Below are positions 44,604 through 55,058 of a stretch of 64,000 nt of DNA, in pieces. A program made the position numbers and the translations under genes. Where the stretch lies: the IMG/VR virus record IMGVR_UViG_2928819513_000009, positions 1-64,000 of that record. One strand, given 5' to 3'. The stretch is from an uncultured virus (IMG/VR IMGVR_UViG_2928819513_000009). Its lineage: Duplodnaviria; Heunggongvirae; Uroviricota; Caudoviricetes. Under the pieces are notes generated by a model. It was not told where the DNA came from and ran no database searches. It saw only the letters and a program-made list of their open reading frames with translations. Each line of letters starts with the position of its first letter. The stretch's first letter is position 1.

Positions 44604-45452
44604 ATGTCGATCCTGTTGAACACCCGTGCGCCCGTCCGCTTCATCCCCCTGATCGATCAGATCACCAAAGCCCGCGAAACGCTGGCCGATGCCGAGCATG
44701 TCCTCGCCGAGGCGACGGCGAAGAGTGCTGCAGCGCCTAAAGACATCGATCTCCTGGAAGCCCTGGACAGTGCCGGCGACGATGTGGTCGCTGCGCAGGA
44801 AGCGCTCGACAAACTGGAGCGCGAGCTGGCCGAGAACCCCACGCAGCCCGTCTACCTGCTGCGCGTCCCGACCTACCGCACCAACGATCAACTGGTGACC
44901 ATGTCGCTGGAGTTGCCGCAGGCGCCGACCGATCGTCGGATGTTCCGCGCGATCCAGAAGGCGGCGGAGGCCGGCGTCATTGATCTGGACGATCCCGATC
45001 TGCTCGCCGTCGAGGCCGGGCTGAAGACGTCCGGTGCCGGCGTCCCCGAAGACCTGACCGGCGCGTTCCAGAATCTCTTCGACCTCGCAAGCGATCACCC
45101 GACCGTGCGGCAGACCATCGTGGCCCGGCACAAGGCCAACTCGCAGGATCGGACGCTGATGCTGCGTTTCCACCTCGTCGGGTGGGAGGGCGTCGTCGTC
45201 GACGATGTTCCGGTCCCCTTCGCGTCGTCGGGCGACTTGGCGGATGAAGGCGTGATCGACGTGATCCCGCCCGCCGACATTCTCGCCATCATCAACAAGG
45301 TGCGGGAGATGAACAGCGTCCGGAAGCGGACGGGAAACTTCTCCGGCTTGCCGTCGCTGTCGCCGTCGAGCCCAAGCGATTCGCCGGCAGCGCCGACCAA
45401 CCCGGAGCCGGCGGCGGCCGAAGTTCAGGCGCTGGATCCGGCGCAGGCCTGA
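44604..45452 (+). CDS. Tail assembly chaperone (gpG-like)
   Basis: Between tube and tape measure; HLVGWEGV; slippery G-GGA-AAC at 45332. Confidence 0.7.
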   Translation: MSILLNTRAPVRFIPLIDQITKARETLADAEHVLAEATAKSAAAPKDIDLLEALDSAGDDVVAAQEALDKLERELAENPTQPVYLLRVPTYRTNDQLVTMSLELPQAPTDRRMFRAIQKAAEAGVIDLDDPDLLAVEAGLKTSGAGVPEDLTGAFQNLFDLASDHPTVRQTIVARHKANSQDRTLMLRFHLVGWEGVVVDDVPVPFASSGDLADEGVIDVIPPADILAIINKVREMNSVRKRTGNFSGLPSLSPSSPSDSPAAPTNPEPAAAEVQALDPAQA

Positions 45453-45811
45453 GGGAAACCTGGACGGTGTTCGGGGAGCGGTATCTCACCAATCCCCGGC
45501 ACTGGATACCCTCTTGGGTCTGGCCCCTGATCGGGCTCTGGCGGCTTAGCCAGGGCGGTATGGGAGCCGGGCATCTTCCGGAAGGGCCGGCAACGCTGGA
45601 CCAGAATCCCGCCCTCATGGAGGCTTTCGGCATCATGTCCGCCGCGGAGGCTGAACTGCGGGATGAAGACAAGCCCGGTCATTGGTCGCAGCAGGACATC
45701 GACGCCTATGAACTCGCCAAGGATAAGGCTCTGCAGCTTTACCCGGACGGCGAGGCCAAGGGTGCCTTGCTGGAAGCCGTGATGAAGGCGAGAGGGAGCC
45801 ATGGCGCTTGA
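45332..45811 (+). CDS. gpT-like extension reached by -1 frameshift
   Basis: -1 frame is open from 45332 to 45811 (LLRLAVAVAVEPKRF...GHLPEGPATLDQ). Confidence 0.65.
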   Translation, partial: GKLLRLAVAVAVEPKRFAGSADQPGAGGGRSSGAGSGAGLRETWTVFGERYLTNPRHWIPSWVWPLIGLWRLSQGGMGAGHLPEGPATLDQNPALMEAFGIMSAAEAELRDEDKPGHWSQQDIDAYELAKDKALQLYPDGEAKGALLEAVMKARGSHGA

Positions 45812-46454
45812 CCCGGTTCTTCGCAGCTATGTGAAGGGTGCCTTCGGCAACAGTCCCGGCATCCAGGCGTTTGAGCGCTCTGTCCAGCTTGCATTCGCGG
45901 GCGCTGAGGCGGAGATCAAGAAGCTGGTGGTGGCCGAGGTGCACCGGCAACTGGGGCGGGCTGTTCAGGAGAGCAGCCCCTCCAGCGTCGCACAGTGGAT
46001 CGACGGAGTGCAGGGCGCGCCGATTGAAAGCATCCGGTTCAACGGCGTCGCCTACTTCCGCTTCGGCTACATCGGCAACCTTGTGACCGAGGCGGTGCAG
46101 TTGCTGGAAGGGGCTACTCCGGTGAAAACCGGGCAACTCGTCGAGAGCTACATCGTGCTCGTGAATGGCGAGAAGTTCAGCGGGTACGGGGCGGCCGATT
46201 ACCGGATGATCCCGCAGGATGCGGAAATCGTCATCACCAACAAGATGTATTACACGGGGCGGGTTGAGGCTGGGAAGAAGCGCACAGGTGAACCGTGGTC
46301 GGCCCATGCGCCGCTCGGCGTGCTTCGACCCGTGGCCGAATACCTTCGGCGTCGCTGGGCTCGGTTCGCCACGGTCCAGTACGCCTGGAGCAATTTCTCT
46401 GGACTGGAAGGCCCAAGCCGGCGGCCGTCGATCCTGATCAAGGCGAAATGGTGA
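45801..46454 (+). CDS. Tail completion/neck protein-like
   Basis: TPVKTG...ITN..YY.GRVE pattern. Confidence 0.55.
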   Translation: MALDPVLRSYVKGAFGNSPGIQAFERSVQLAFAGAEAEIKKLVVAEVHRQLGRAVQESSPSSVAQWIDGVQGAPIESIRFNGVAYFRFGYIGNLVTEAVQLLEGATPVKTGQLVESYIVLVNGEKFSGYGAADYRMIPQDAEIVITNKMYYTGRVEAGKKRTGEPWSAHAPLGVLRPVAEYLRRRWARFATVQYAWSNFSGLEGPSRRPSILIKAKW

Positions 46455-46562
46455 TACCGGACCTTTCTGGTGTTTCACCACCCTTCATCGACCTGATGCG
46501 ATTCCTTTCCGACAGGGCGCCCGGCTATGCCGAGGCGCCCTCATTCGTTCTTGGGGGCAGGC

Positions 46563-49500
46563 ATGGCAGCTGAGTCGCGGCTTCTCGACCTTACGGTTTC
46601 CGCCGAAGGTGTTGCTGCCGGAGTCAATCAGGCCAAGTCCTTCTTGGCTTCGCTGGTCGGCGATCTCGGAAAGGCGAGTTCGGCTGCCATCGAAACGAAC
46701 GTCAAGATTCGTGACGCAGGCGCCGGGGTCGGTCGAGCATTTGCCGGTATCGCCAAGGAGCTGCTTCCCGCGGCCGATGGGCTATCGAGGATTGCTCGTC
46801 AAGTCGATGCGGTGACTCAGGCGCAGGAACGTGGCGCCGCAGGTCACAGGCAGGCCGCCGACATGATCGGCCGGCTCAAGGACGGCCTCAACGTCGCTCA
46901 AACCGGCTATGTCGACCTTGCACGTGCGGCAACGCAGACCGAGAAGGCCATCAGTTCGGCTTACAGGTCCGGAAAAATCGGCGCCGACGAGTTCAAAACC
47001 TCCATCCTGGCAACGCGCGAAGCCGTGTATGAACAGGCCGCTGCAGTTCAGCGCCTTGCGGATAAGGAGCGCGCGCAAGCTCAGGCCCGCATTGCCCAAG
47101 AACGCGAAATCAAAGCGCTCGCGGCAGAGCGGATCGCTGCTGAGGCGCGCGCCGCTGCAGGGCAGGCGAGCGTAAATCGCACATTGGGTGTGCGGCACGG
47201 GCCAGATCTTGTTGGAGCGGCTCGTGACGATTATGCCGCCGACGTTGCGCGCCTGTTGGCTGAACAGGACCAAGCGCTCAGCGTCGCGAGCTCCAAATCC
47301 CAGAAGCTGGTCAACGAGCTGCTCGGTGTGCGGTACCTGGCGCCGCTGGCGGCCGAGGTCGAAGCGGATTACGCGGCCTTCTGGGGTGCGATCGCCGACA
47401 AGCAGGACCAGGCTATCGTTGCAGCCGCTGGGCGTTCGCAAAAGGCGGTCAATGAACTGCTTGGCGTCCGGCATTTCGCACCGCTGGCGGCCGAGGCCGA
47501 AGCGGAATACGCGGCCTTCTGGTCCGAGGTTGTTGGGAAACAAGAGCAGGCCAGCGTCGCCGCCGCCGGCCAGTCCCAGAAGCTGGTCAACGAGCTGCTC
47601 GGTGTGCGGTACCTCGGCTCCCTTGGAAAGCAGGTTGAACGGGACTACGAAGCAACCTGGGAACGGCTCCTTCAGGAACAGGAAGAGGCCACGGAGCGAG
47701 CTGCTCAGAAAGCGGCGGAGGCGAATGCCAAACTGGCAACGTCGTACAAGCAGGTCATGGCCTCGATCGACCCGGCGATCGCGCAGCAGCAGAAGTACGA
47801 CAGCGCGCTCGCCGATCTCCGCGCAGGAGCGGCAGCGGCTGGGCGGTCAGCGGAAGAACTGGCCGCTGACGAGATGCGTCTCGCCGCATCCATGTCGCCC
47901 GCTGCTCTTGCTGCGAAGAAGGAGGCTGACGCGCTTGAGGCGTTGAAGGCGCGTGCGGATCCGGCCTCAGCCGCGCTGCGGCGCCTCGCCCAGGATCAGG
48001 CGGCCCTAGATGCGGCGCATGCTGCAGGAAAGCTCGATCCGGACGAATACACGACCTACACGGCGGCAATCCAACGACATCGGAACATCGTCGAGCAGTC
48101 GACTGCCAGCCAGAAGGCGATGACCAATGCCGTCGGGCTGAACAAGGCCCAAATGCAGGCGTTGGCGCCGCAGATCAACGATGTGGTCAGCGGGTTGATC
48201 ATGGGGCAACCACCCATGATGATTTTCACCCAGCAGTCCGGCCAGATCGTCCAGGCCCTGCAGGCGGGTGGGGCGGAGCTGCCGAAGTTCTCTCTCGGCA
48301 TGGGGGTGGTCGCGGCGGGGGCAGTCGCTGTAGCTGCCGGCTTGGCAACAGCGATCTACGGTGCTTATCGCTTCACCAGTGATTTGAGGGAATTCGAGAG
48401 AGCGGTTCGTCTGACCGGCAGCGCTACCAGCATCACGTCGCACGGACTTTCCGAAATGGCGGTGCAAATTGCCGCCACCCAACATATATCGCGCGCCGCC
48501 ACGCGGGAAGTGGCGACAGCCTATGCTGCGACCGGCAAGGTCGGTGCCGATGTATTGGGGGGGCTTACTGCCGCAACGAAGAATTGGGCATCTGCCACAG
48601 GACAGGAGGTCGGAGACGCTACCAAAGAACTGGCTGGGTTGTTCGTGGACCCTGCTAAGGGCGCCGACACCCTGATCGACCGCTACGGCCTGCTCGACGA
48701 CTCCCAGCGCAAGCTGATCCGGAACTATCAGGCGCAGGGCAACCTGGAGCAGGCGCAGGTCGTCATGCTGCGCGCGATCGAGGACCGCGCGGAGGGAGCG
48801 GCCGACCGCATCAACAAGGTCGCCGCCGCCTGGGAGCGCGTCAAGAAATGGACCAGCGACAAGGTCGATCAGGTCGGCGAGCGGGCCGTCGAGACCATCA
48901 GCCCGAGCCGCGACACCGAGATCCGGGACCTTGAGGCGAGCCTCGCCGGATCGATGTGGTCGGGGAAGCGAGCCCGCAAGCAGGCCCGGCTGGATGAGCT
49001 TCGCGGCGAGGAGCGCGACGACGCCATCAAGAAGTGGGAGCTCGGCGTCCGCACGGAATACAATCGCCTGTCCGCCGCCGCGGGCGACTTCGCCCGCTCG
49101 GTCGATCCGGCCATCGCCGCCTCCACGAATTTCGCGAACGCGGAAGGTCTCATCAACCGGGCGCTCGATGTCGGCGCCGTCAAGAAGGAGGAGGCGGCGC
49201 GCCTCCTCGGGCTCTACCGCAAGCAACTCCTTGACTCCATCGACCCGGCCAAGGCGTTCGCCGACGAGATGGAGCGGCAGGCGCGCGTCATGGAGGCCGC
49301 CGCCGGTCGGGCGCGCGACTTCGAGATCCAGCGCCAACAGATTCTCCAGAAGCCCGGCCGGCTGTCCAGCGACAGCCTGACGCCGGACGAGACGGCAAAG
49401 ATCAATGCCGGCCTGGATCGGAAGTACGCGGCTGAGGCGGCCGACCGGCACCGCACCGCGCAGGAGGCGATCCAGGACGCCAAGGCGCTCGGCGCCGCGA

Positions 49501-52500
49501 CCGCCAGCCTGTCCCAGCCGGCCCTCGTCGCGGCACAGGCGCAGGCCGTGTTCTTCGACGTGCTCCGGAAGACGTCGGACTACAAGAAGGCCAAGCAGGC
49601 GGAAGACGACGCCTACACCAAGGGCATGGTCGAGTGGTCGGCGCAGGTCGACGCGTCGGTCAAGACATCCGTCCTGGCCGTGGACGCCGCCCGGCGGCTG
49701 GCCGAGGCGCAGGCGCAGGGCGGGGTCATCGCCACCGCGCAGGCCCAGGCGCAGAACGTCCACGCCGAGCAGGTCGCGCGCGGTGTCGATCCGGTCCGCG
49801 CCCTGGCGCTCGCCAACGCCGACTATCAGAAGTCGCTGGCGAGCCTCGCCGGGCAGCAAGCCGCCTGGAACCGCGACATCGGGGAGCAGATCGAGGGCGC
49901 GCAGCGGCTGGCGCGGGCGGAGGCCGTCTCCGGTGCCGCCGTGGCCGAGGCGAACATCCAGAACAAGGTCCGCGCGCAGGTCCTGAAGGAAGGCGTCTCG
50001 GCCGAGAGCGCGCGGGCGCAGGCGATCGAGGCCGGCACCCGCGCGCTGGAGGCGCAGAACGCCGTTGCCCGCGTCAACGCCTCCATCCGCCAGGGCAACC
50101 AGGATCTGGATCTGGCGCGGGCCGAGTTCGAGCTGCTCGGCCGGTCGAACGCCGAGCGTGAGCGCACCATCGCCATCCTGAAGGCGACGCTGGAGGTCCA
50201 GAACTCCGGCGATTGGGCGCAGGTGCCGCAGGAGACCCGCGACGCCTGGGTGGCGCAGGCCGGGGCGGTGGCCGAGTATCAGGCCCGCATCGCCGACGCC
50301 ACCGAGACCAGCCGCGACTTCGCCAACGTCATCACCCAGGGCTTCGAGGACGCCCTTGTGTCCGGCGGCAAGCTGGGCGACCTGCTGAAGGGGCTGGAAG
50401 CCGACATCAAGCGCATCGTCGTGCGCGGTGTCATCACCAAGCCGCTGGAAACCTACCTGACCGGCAACCTGACCAAGCTGCTCGCCGGCACCCCGCCGGG
50501 CGACAGCCAGGTCAAGCCGGTCACGGCGTCGGACCCCGGCGGCTACAAGGCCCTGTTCGACAAGCTGTCGGGCGGTGCCGGTGCGCTGGGCAGCCAGTCG
50601 AACCCCATGTGGATCCGCATGTCGGCCGGCGCTCCGGCGCTGGACGTCAGCCAGTTCAGCGGCGGCGCGGCCCTCCCGGTGGCCGTCCAGGATGGCGGCG
50701 CCATCGTCGACGCCATCCGCTCGGAGGCGCGGGCGCAGGGTGTGCCGGAGGAAGTCGCGCTCGCCATCGGCCGGATCGAGAGCGGGCTCCAACAGTACCG
50801 TGCCGACGGCTCTGTTCTGCGCTCGTCCGCCGGCGCCATGGGCGTCATGCAACTCATGCCCGGCACGGCGCAGTGGCTGGGCGTGGATGCCTCCGACACG
50901 CGCGACAACATCCGGGGCGGCGTCAAGTTCCTGGCGCAGCTCGGTCGGCAGTTCGGCGGGGACTGGTCGCAGGTTGCGGGCGCCTACAACGCCGGCCCCG
51001 GTCGGATGACGCAATACCTCCAGCAGGGCCGCGCTCTGCCGGCCGAAGCCGTCACCTACATCGAGAAATTCGGCTCGTCGGTCCAGACGGCCAACGCCGC
51101 CGTGGTGGGGCTGGCCGCCCCGGTCCAATCCATGGCGATGGCGCAGACGGCGCAGGTCCGGGCGCAGCAGGCGGGCGCCACCGCGACGCAGGCGCTGTCC
51201 GAGGGGCAGCAGGATGCGGTGTCGGCGGCGCTCGCGGCGGTCCGTGGGATGGATGCGGTCCGGGGCACCGCCGAGGACGTGGACGCCCGTTGGAGCGCCG
51301 TGTCGGATTCGTCGACGACGGCGGTCCAGAAGATGGCGGACGCCCAGCGCCGCGCGGCCGATACCATGGCCGGCGGCGCGGCGGTGTTCGCCAGCGGCGC
51401 GCAGCAGGCCGGCGCCTACATGGTGTCCGGCTCGCAGCAGGCGATGGGCGCGCTCATCTCCATCATCGGCGCGGCGTCGGGCATCCAGGGCGGCGGCATC
51501 CCCGGCCAAGTGGTGCAGGCCGGCGGTCCGCAAGGCATCGCCAGCAGCATCCAGCAGCTTGGCGGGGTCCTCCAGAAGGCGACCGGATCGGACCTGTTCG
51601 GCGGCGGCTCGCTCGGCGGCATCAAGGAGTGGCTCAACACCCCGCTGTATGGCGGGTCGGGCGCGGTCCTGAACACCGGGGCGGTGCAGCAGACCGCCGC
51701 CTCGCTGGGGTCGGGGGCGCGCGAGATGGCGAGCGCGTCGATGCCGCTCTCCGGCTCTCCGGGCGCGGGCGGCGTCACGGCCGGCGACGCGCTCGGCGCC
51801 GTCGGCTACGGCTTCAACGCCTTCCAGAACTTCAAATCCGGGAACACCATCGGCGGCGTCGGCAATCTCGCCGCGACGGCGATGATGTTCATTCCGGGGG
51901 CTCAACCGTTCGCACCCCTGGTCGCGATCGGCTCCCAGCTTCTCGGCGGGCTGTTCGGCAAGGACCGCGGCACCCCGACGGCGGCGGCGACCGTCACCTA
52001 CAGCGGCACCAATCAGGTCGCGAGCAGCTACAACCAGGACAACGACGGCTCGCTGGAGCAGGCGCAGCAGCTCCTGTCCAGCATCGACGCGGCCACCAAG
52101 CAATTCATCACGGCGGCCAGCGGCGCGACCAACGGCGAGTTCGGCATCGGCGTGGAGGGGCGTGACGGACGCTTCAAGGCCCGGACGCTGACCGGCGAAC
52201 TGCCCGGTGACTTCGGCAGCCTGGATGAGGCGGTCATCGCCGGCTTCAAGGCCAACGTCGGCAAGGGCCTGATTTCCGCGTCGGACGACGTGCTGAAGGC
52301 CATTGGCACCAGCACCAAGACCGACATCAACGAATGGCTGGGCGACGTCTCGTTCGCCAAGACCTTCCGGCCGCAGTTCGACTCGCTGATGGCGAACCTT
52401 GATCCGGTGTCCAACCAGATCAAGACGTTTACCGAGGCGTCGAAGCAGCTTGGCGAACAGGTCCAAGCCAACATCGTCGAGTGGCGGGACACCGCGTCCC

Positions 52501-55058
52501 GGCTCGGGCTCGCAACCGGGTCGGAACTGACCACGGCGGCGCGGCGCGGCATCGAGGCGATGATGGGCCTCGGTCCCGTCACCCAGCCGCTGGTCGGCAT
52601 GGCGGCTGCGAGCAAGCAGGCGGAAATCCAGTTCGAGGCGTTCCGGCCCGCGCTCGCCTCCCTCGGCTACACCGCCGAAGAGGTCGCCGACATGGCGACC
52701 CGCTACACCGCCAAGCTGACGACCGCCTACAGCGACGCGGTGGGGCTCCTCCAGCGGCAGGCGGGCGTCCAGGTGTCCGGGCTGTCGGGCCGGGGTGCCA
52801 GCTTGTCGGCAGCGGATACCTTCCGGGCCGCCGGTGCGACGGTGGAGGCGGTGACAGCCCCAGCCTTCGCGGCGCTCACCGATGGTCTGGACGGGCTGAC
52901 GGCTGCCGCGCGGCGCGGCGCGCTGACCTATGCCGACGTCGAGGCCGGCTGGCGCGCTCTCAATCAGGCCGTCTATGAAGGCGTGCTGACGGCCGACCAG
53001 TACACCACCGCCGTCGGCCTGCTGACGACGGCTTACCAGGACAGCCAGACGGTGCTGTCCACCCTGCGCCAGGGCTGGACCTCGGTCCAGGCGATCACCG
53101 AGCCCCACCGCCAGCCGACGGCGACGGACGTGCTCGATGGCGCGATGGTCCGTGGTGGTGGCGCTGGAGTGCTGGCCTTCGCGACCCAGCTCGACGGCCT
53201 GTTCACGGCGATCCAAGGCGGTACGGCATCCTTCGGGGATTTGGCCTACACCTATGAGCGCGCCGCCGATCTGTTCCGCGCCGGCACGATCACAGGCGAA
53301 CAGTTCACCGGCATCGTCAGCAGCATGACGACGGCGTGGACCAAGGCGGCCGACGCCGCCAAGGCCCTGACCGCCTATCAGTCCGACCTCAACAGCCGGA
53401 TGTACACCGGCGTCGGGGCGGCTCGGACGGCGGGCTTGTTGTCTCTCGACCAGCAGCAGGCGGTCGAGTTGGCGCAGGCGCGGGATGCCGGCTACGACAC
53501 GACGCTGTTGCAGCAGGTCCTGGCATCCGAGCGGGGCCAGAAGGCGTTCGACCTCGCCAAGGCCGATGTCCTCGGCTACTACGACCAGCAGATCAGCGCG
53601 ACGCAGGACCTGATCACCAGCCTCCAGGATGGCGCGGTCGCGGCGGCGGCGGTCGCCCGCCAGTTCCGGCAGGCGTACGACAGCCTGGCGCTCGACGACA
53701 GCAGCCCGCTGTCGGCCTACGAGAAGCTGATCGAGGCCCGCCGGCAGTTCGACGAGGCCTACAGCACCGCGACCAGCGACACCGCCAGCGACACCGAGAA
53801 GACGGAGGCGCAGCAGCAGCTCCAGCAACTCGGGCCGACGCTGGTCTCGCTGGCCCAAGCCTACTACGCCAACAGCAACCGCGACGATTACGACCGGATC
53901 CGGTCGCTGTTCGACCGGCTCGGCACCTTGCCGGGCGGCGCCAACCCCGCCACCGCCGACAGGGATTTGCAGGTCGCGCAGGATACCTTGAAGGAGTTGC
54001 AGCGGCAGCGGGCCGACGCCGCCCGGCTGGGCGAGCGGCAGTATGGGAAGCTGGACGACCTCAGCGCCACCATGAACCAGAGCTATGCCGTCTGGCAGGC
54101 GTCCCTGGTTGCGCTCCAGCGGCTGACGAACACCCCGTCGGCCGCGACGCTGCCCCAGATGCTGGCCGGCATGACCAGGGAGACCCTGCCGGATGTCGTC
54201 ACCTGGGCGAAGGCGCAGGGCGCCGACACCCTGCAACAGGTCCTGGTCGCGGCCGACAAGCGGTTCGGCTGGGAGAACAACCCGTACCGTTACCGGGCGC
54301 CTGATGACGTCGCCACGATGGAGGGGACCGGCTTCACATCCGAGGACGCCTTGGGGTTCCTGCGGCAATTCGGCTACGCGGGCGGGTTCGACAGCAACGC
54401 GAACGCCTTCATCGCCGCGCACGGGATCGGCGACCAGTACACGGCGTTCCTGCGGGACTTCAAAGCCCGCAACTCGGTGGAGGGCAAGCGGACCCGACTG
54501 GCGGCGTTCACCGACGCCCAGATCGAGGCAGCCTTCGGCGGGATGGCGGACATCCAGGCGGCGCGGTCGGTCGATCCGGGCTTTAACCTGCGCCGCTGGT
54601 TCGAGGCTTACGGCATCAACGAGGTGCTGTCGGGCGCCCGCTCCATCCCCGGCTTCGCAAAGGGCACCCTCTCCACGCCGCCGGGCGCGAAGTGGGTGGG
54701 CGAGCACGGCGCCGAGCTTGTGTGGGACGGCGGTGGCGCGGCGGTCGCCTCCAGCGCCGACTCGATGCGCATCGCCAGCCTGTGGGAGAGCGCGGCGAAC
54801 GATCGGTGGTCGGGGCCGAACATCGCCAGCCTTCGGGCGCACCGCCCCGAACCCAGCGGCGACGCGGCGCTGGTCGCCATGCTGGAGCGCAAACTCGACA
54901 CCGTGACCGCCGAGTTGAAGGCGTTGCGCGCGGAACGGTCGCGCGACGCCCGCGACCAAGTGGCCCTCACCGAAGCCGCGGCAACCGAAACCATCGCCGG
55001 CCAGGGGCGGATGCTTGCCGCCCTGCGCCTGCACCATGACGAGGAGAGAGCAGCGTGA
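46563..55058 (+). CDS. Tape measure protein (~2830 aa) with lytic transglycosylase domain
   Basis: Ala-rich helical protein; QINDVVSGL..GQPPM..FTQQSGQI TMP motif; SLT motifs IES/GVMQLMP/AYNAGP at ~50700-51070; C-terminal GFAKG..WVGE.G.E. Confidence 0.93.
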   Translation: MAAESRLLDLTVSAEGVAAGVNQAKSFLASLVGDLGKASSAAIETNVKIRDAGAGVGRAFAGIAKELLPAADGLSRIARQVDAVTQAQERGAAGHRQAADMIGRLKDGLNVAQTGYVDLARAATQTEKAISSAYRSGKIGADEFKTSILATREAVYEQAAAVQRLADKERAQAQARIAQEREIKALAAERIAAEARAAAGQASVNRTLGVRHGPDLVGAARDDYAADVARLLAEQDQALSVASSKSQKLVNELLGVRYLAPLAAEVEADYAAFWGAIADKQDQAIVAAAGRSQKAVNELLGVRHFAPLAAEAEAEYAAFWSEVVGKQEQASVAAAGQSQKLVNELLGVRYLGSLGKQVERDYEATWERLLQEQEEATERAAQKAAEANAKLATSYKQVMASIDPAIAQQQKYDSALADLRAGAAAAGRSAEELAADEMRLAASMSPAALAAKKEADALEALKARADPASAALRRLAQDQAALDAAHAAGKLDPDEYTTYTAAIQRHRNIVEQSTASQKAMTNAVGLNKAQMQALAPQINDVVSGLIMGQPPMMIFTQQSGQIVQALQAGGAELPKFSLGMGVVAAGAVAVAAGLATAIYGAYRFTSDLREFERAVRLTGSATSITSHGLSEMAVQIAATQHISRAATREVATAYAATGKVGADVLGGLTAATKNWASATGQEVGDATKELAGLFVDPAKGADTLIDRYGLLDDSQRKLIRNYQAQGNLEQAQVVMLRAIEDRAEGAADRINKVAAAWERVKKWTSDKVDQVGERAVETISPSRDTEIRDLEASLAGSMWSGKRARKQARLDELRGEERDDAIKKWELGVRTEYNRLSAAAGDFARSVDPAIAASTNFANAEGLINRALDVGAVKKEEAARLLGLYRKQLLDSIDPAKAFADEMERQARVMEAAAGRARDFEIQRQQILQKPGRLSSDSLTPDETAKINAGLDRKYAAEAADRHRTAQEAIQDAKALGAATASLSQPALVAAQAQAVFFDVLRKTSDYKKAKQAEDDAYTKGMVEWSAQVDASVKTSVLAVDAARRLAEAQAQGGVIATAQAQAQNVHAEQVARGVDPVRALALANADYQKSLASLAGQQAAWNRDIGEQIEGAQRLARAEAVSGAAVAEANIQNKVRAQVLKEGVSAESARAQAIEAGTRALEAQNAVARVNASIRQGNQDLDLARAEFELLGRSNAERERTIAILKATLEVQNSGDWAQVPQETRDAWVAQAGAVAEYQARIADATETSRDFANVITQGFEDALVSGGKLGDLLKGLEADIKRIVVRGVITKPLETYLTGNLTKLLAGTPPGDSQVKPVTASDPGGYKALFDKLSGGAGALGSQSNPMWIRMSAGAPALDVSQFSGGAALPVAVQDGGAIVDAIRSEARAQGVPEEVALAIGRIESGLQQYRADGSVLRSSAGAMGVMQLMPGTAQWLGVDASDTRDNIRGGVKFLAQLGRQFGGDWSQVAGAYNAGPGRMTQYLQQGRALPAEAVTYIEKFGSSVQTANAAVVGLAAPVQSMAMAQTAQVRAQQAGATATQALSEGQQDAVSAALAAVRGMDAVRGTAEDVDARWSAVSDSSTTAVQKMADAQRRAADTMAGGAAVFASGAQQAGAYMVSGSQQAMGALISIIGAASGIQGGGIPGQVVQAGGPQGIASSIQQLGGVLQKATGSDLFGGGSLGGIKEWLNTPLYGGSGAVLNTGAVQQTAASLGSGAREMASASMPLSGSPGAGGVTAGDALGAVGYGFNAFQNFKSGNTIGGVGNLAATAMMFIPGAQPFAPLVAIGSQLLGGLFGKDRGTPTAAATVTYSGTNQVASSYNQDNDGSLEQAQQLLSSIDAATKQFITAASGATNGEFGIGVEGRDGRFKARTLTGELPGDFGSLDEAVIAGFKANVGKGLISASDDVLKAIGTSTKTDINEWLGDVSFAKTFRPQFDSLMANLDPVSNQIKTFTEASKQLGEQVQANIVEWRDTASRLGLATGSELTTAARRGIEAMMGLGPVTQPLVGMAAASKQAEIQFEAFRPALASLGYTAEEVADMATRYTAKLTTAYSDAVGLLQRQAGVQVSGLSGRGASLSAADTFRAAGATVEAVTAPAFAALTDGLDGLTAAARRGALTYADVEAGWRALNQAVYEGVLTADQYTTAVGLLTTAYQDSQTVLSTLRQGWTSVQAITEPHRQPTATDVLDGAMVRGGGAGVLAFATQLDGLFTAIQGGTASFGDLAYTYERAADLFRAGTITGEQFTGIVSSMTTAWTKAADAAKALTAYQSDLNSRMYTGVGAARTAGLLSLDQQQAVELAQARDAGYDTTLLQQVLASERGQKAFDLAKADVLGYYDQQISATQDLITSLQDGAVAAAAVARQFRQAYDSLALDDSSPLSAYEKLIEARRQFDEAYSTATSDTASDTEKTEAQQQLQQLGPTLVSLAQAYYANSNRDDYDRIRSLFDRLGTLPGGANPATADRDLQVAQDTLKELQRQRADAARLGERQYGKLDDLSATMNQSYAVWQASLVALQRLTNTPSAATLPQMLAGMTRETLPDVVTWAKAQGADTLQQVLVAADKRFGWENNPYRYRAPDDVATMEGTGFTSEDALGFLRQFGYAGGFDSNANAFIAAHGIGDQYTAFLRDFKARNSVEGKRTRLAAFTDAQIEAAFGGMADIQAARSVDPGFNLRRWFEAYGINEVLSGARSIPGFAKGTLSTPPGAKWVGEHGAELVWDGGGAAVASSADSMRIASLWESAANDRWSGPNIASLRAHRPEPSGDAALVAMLERKLDTVTAELKALRAERSRDARDQVALTEAAATETIAGQGRMLAALRLHHDEERAA
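47160..47690 (+). repeat. Four 138-bp (46-aa) tandem repeats in the tape measure
   Basis: SQKxVNELLGVR units; 41-bp identical copies at 47298 and 47574. Confidence 0.85.

Noticed and set aside
47160..47690. CRISPR-like array
   Set aside because: Repeats are in-frame coding units without unique spacers; no cas genes and no CRISPR array seen anywhere in the window
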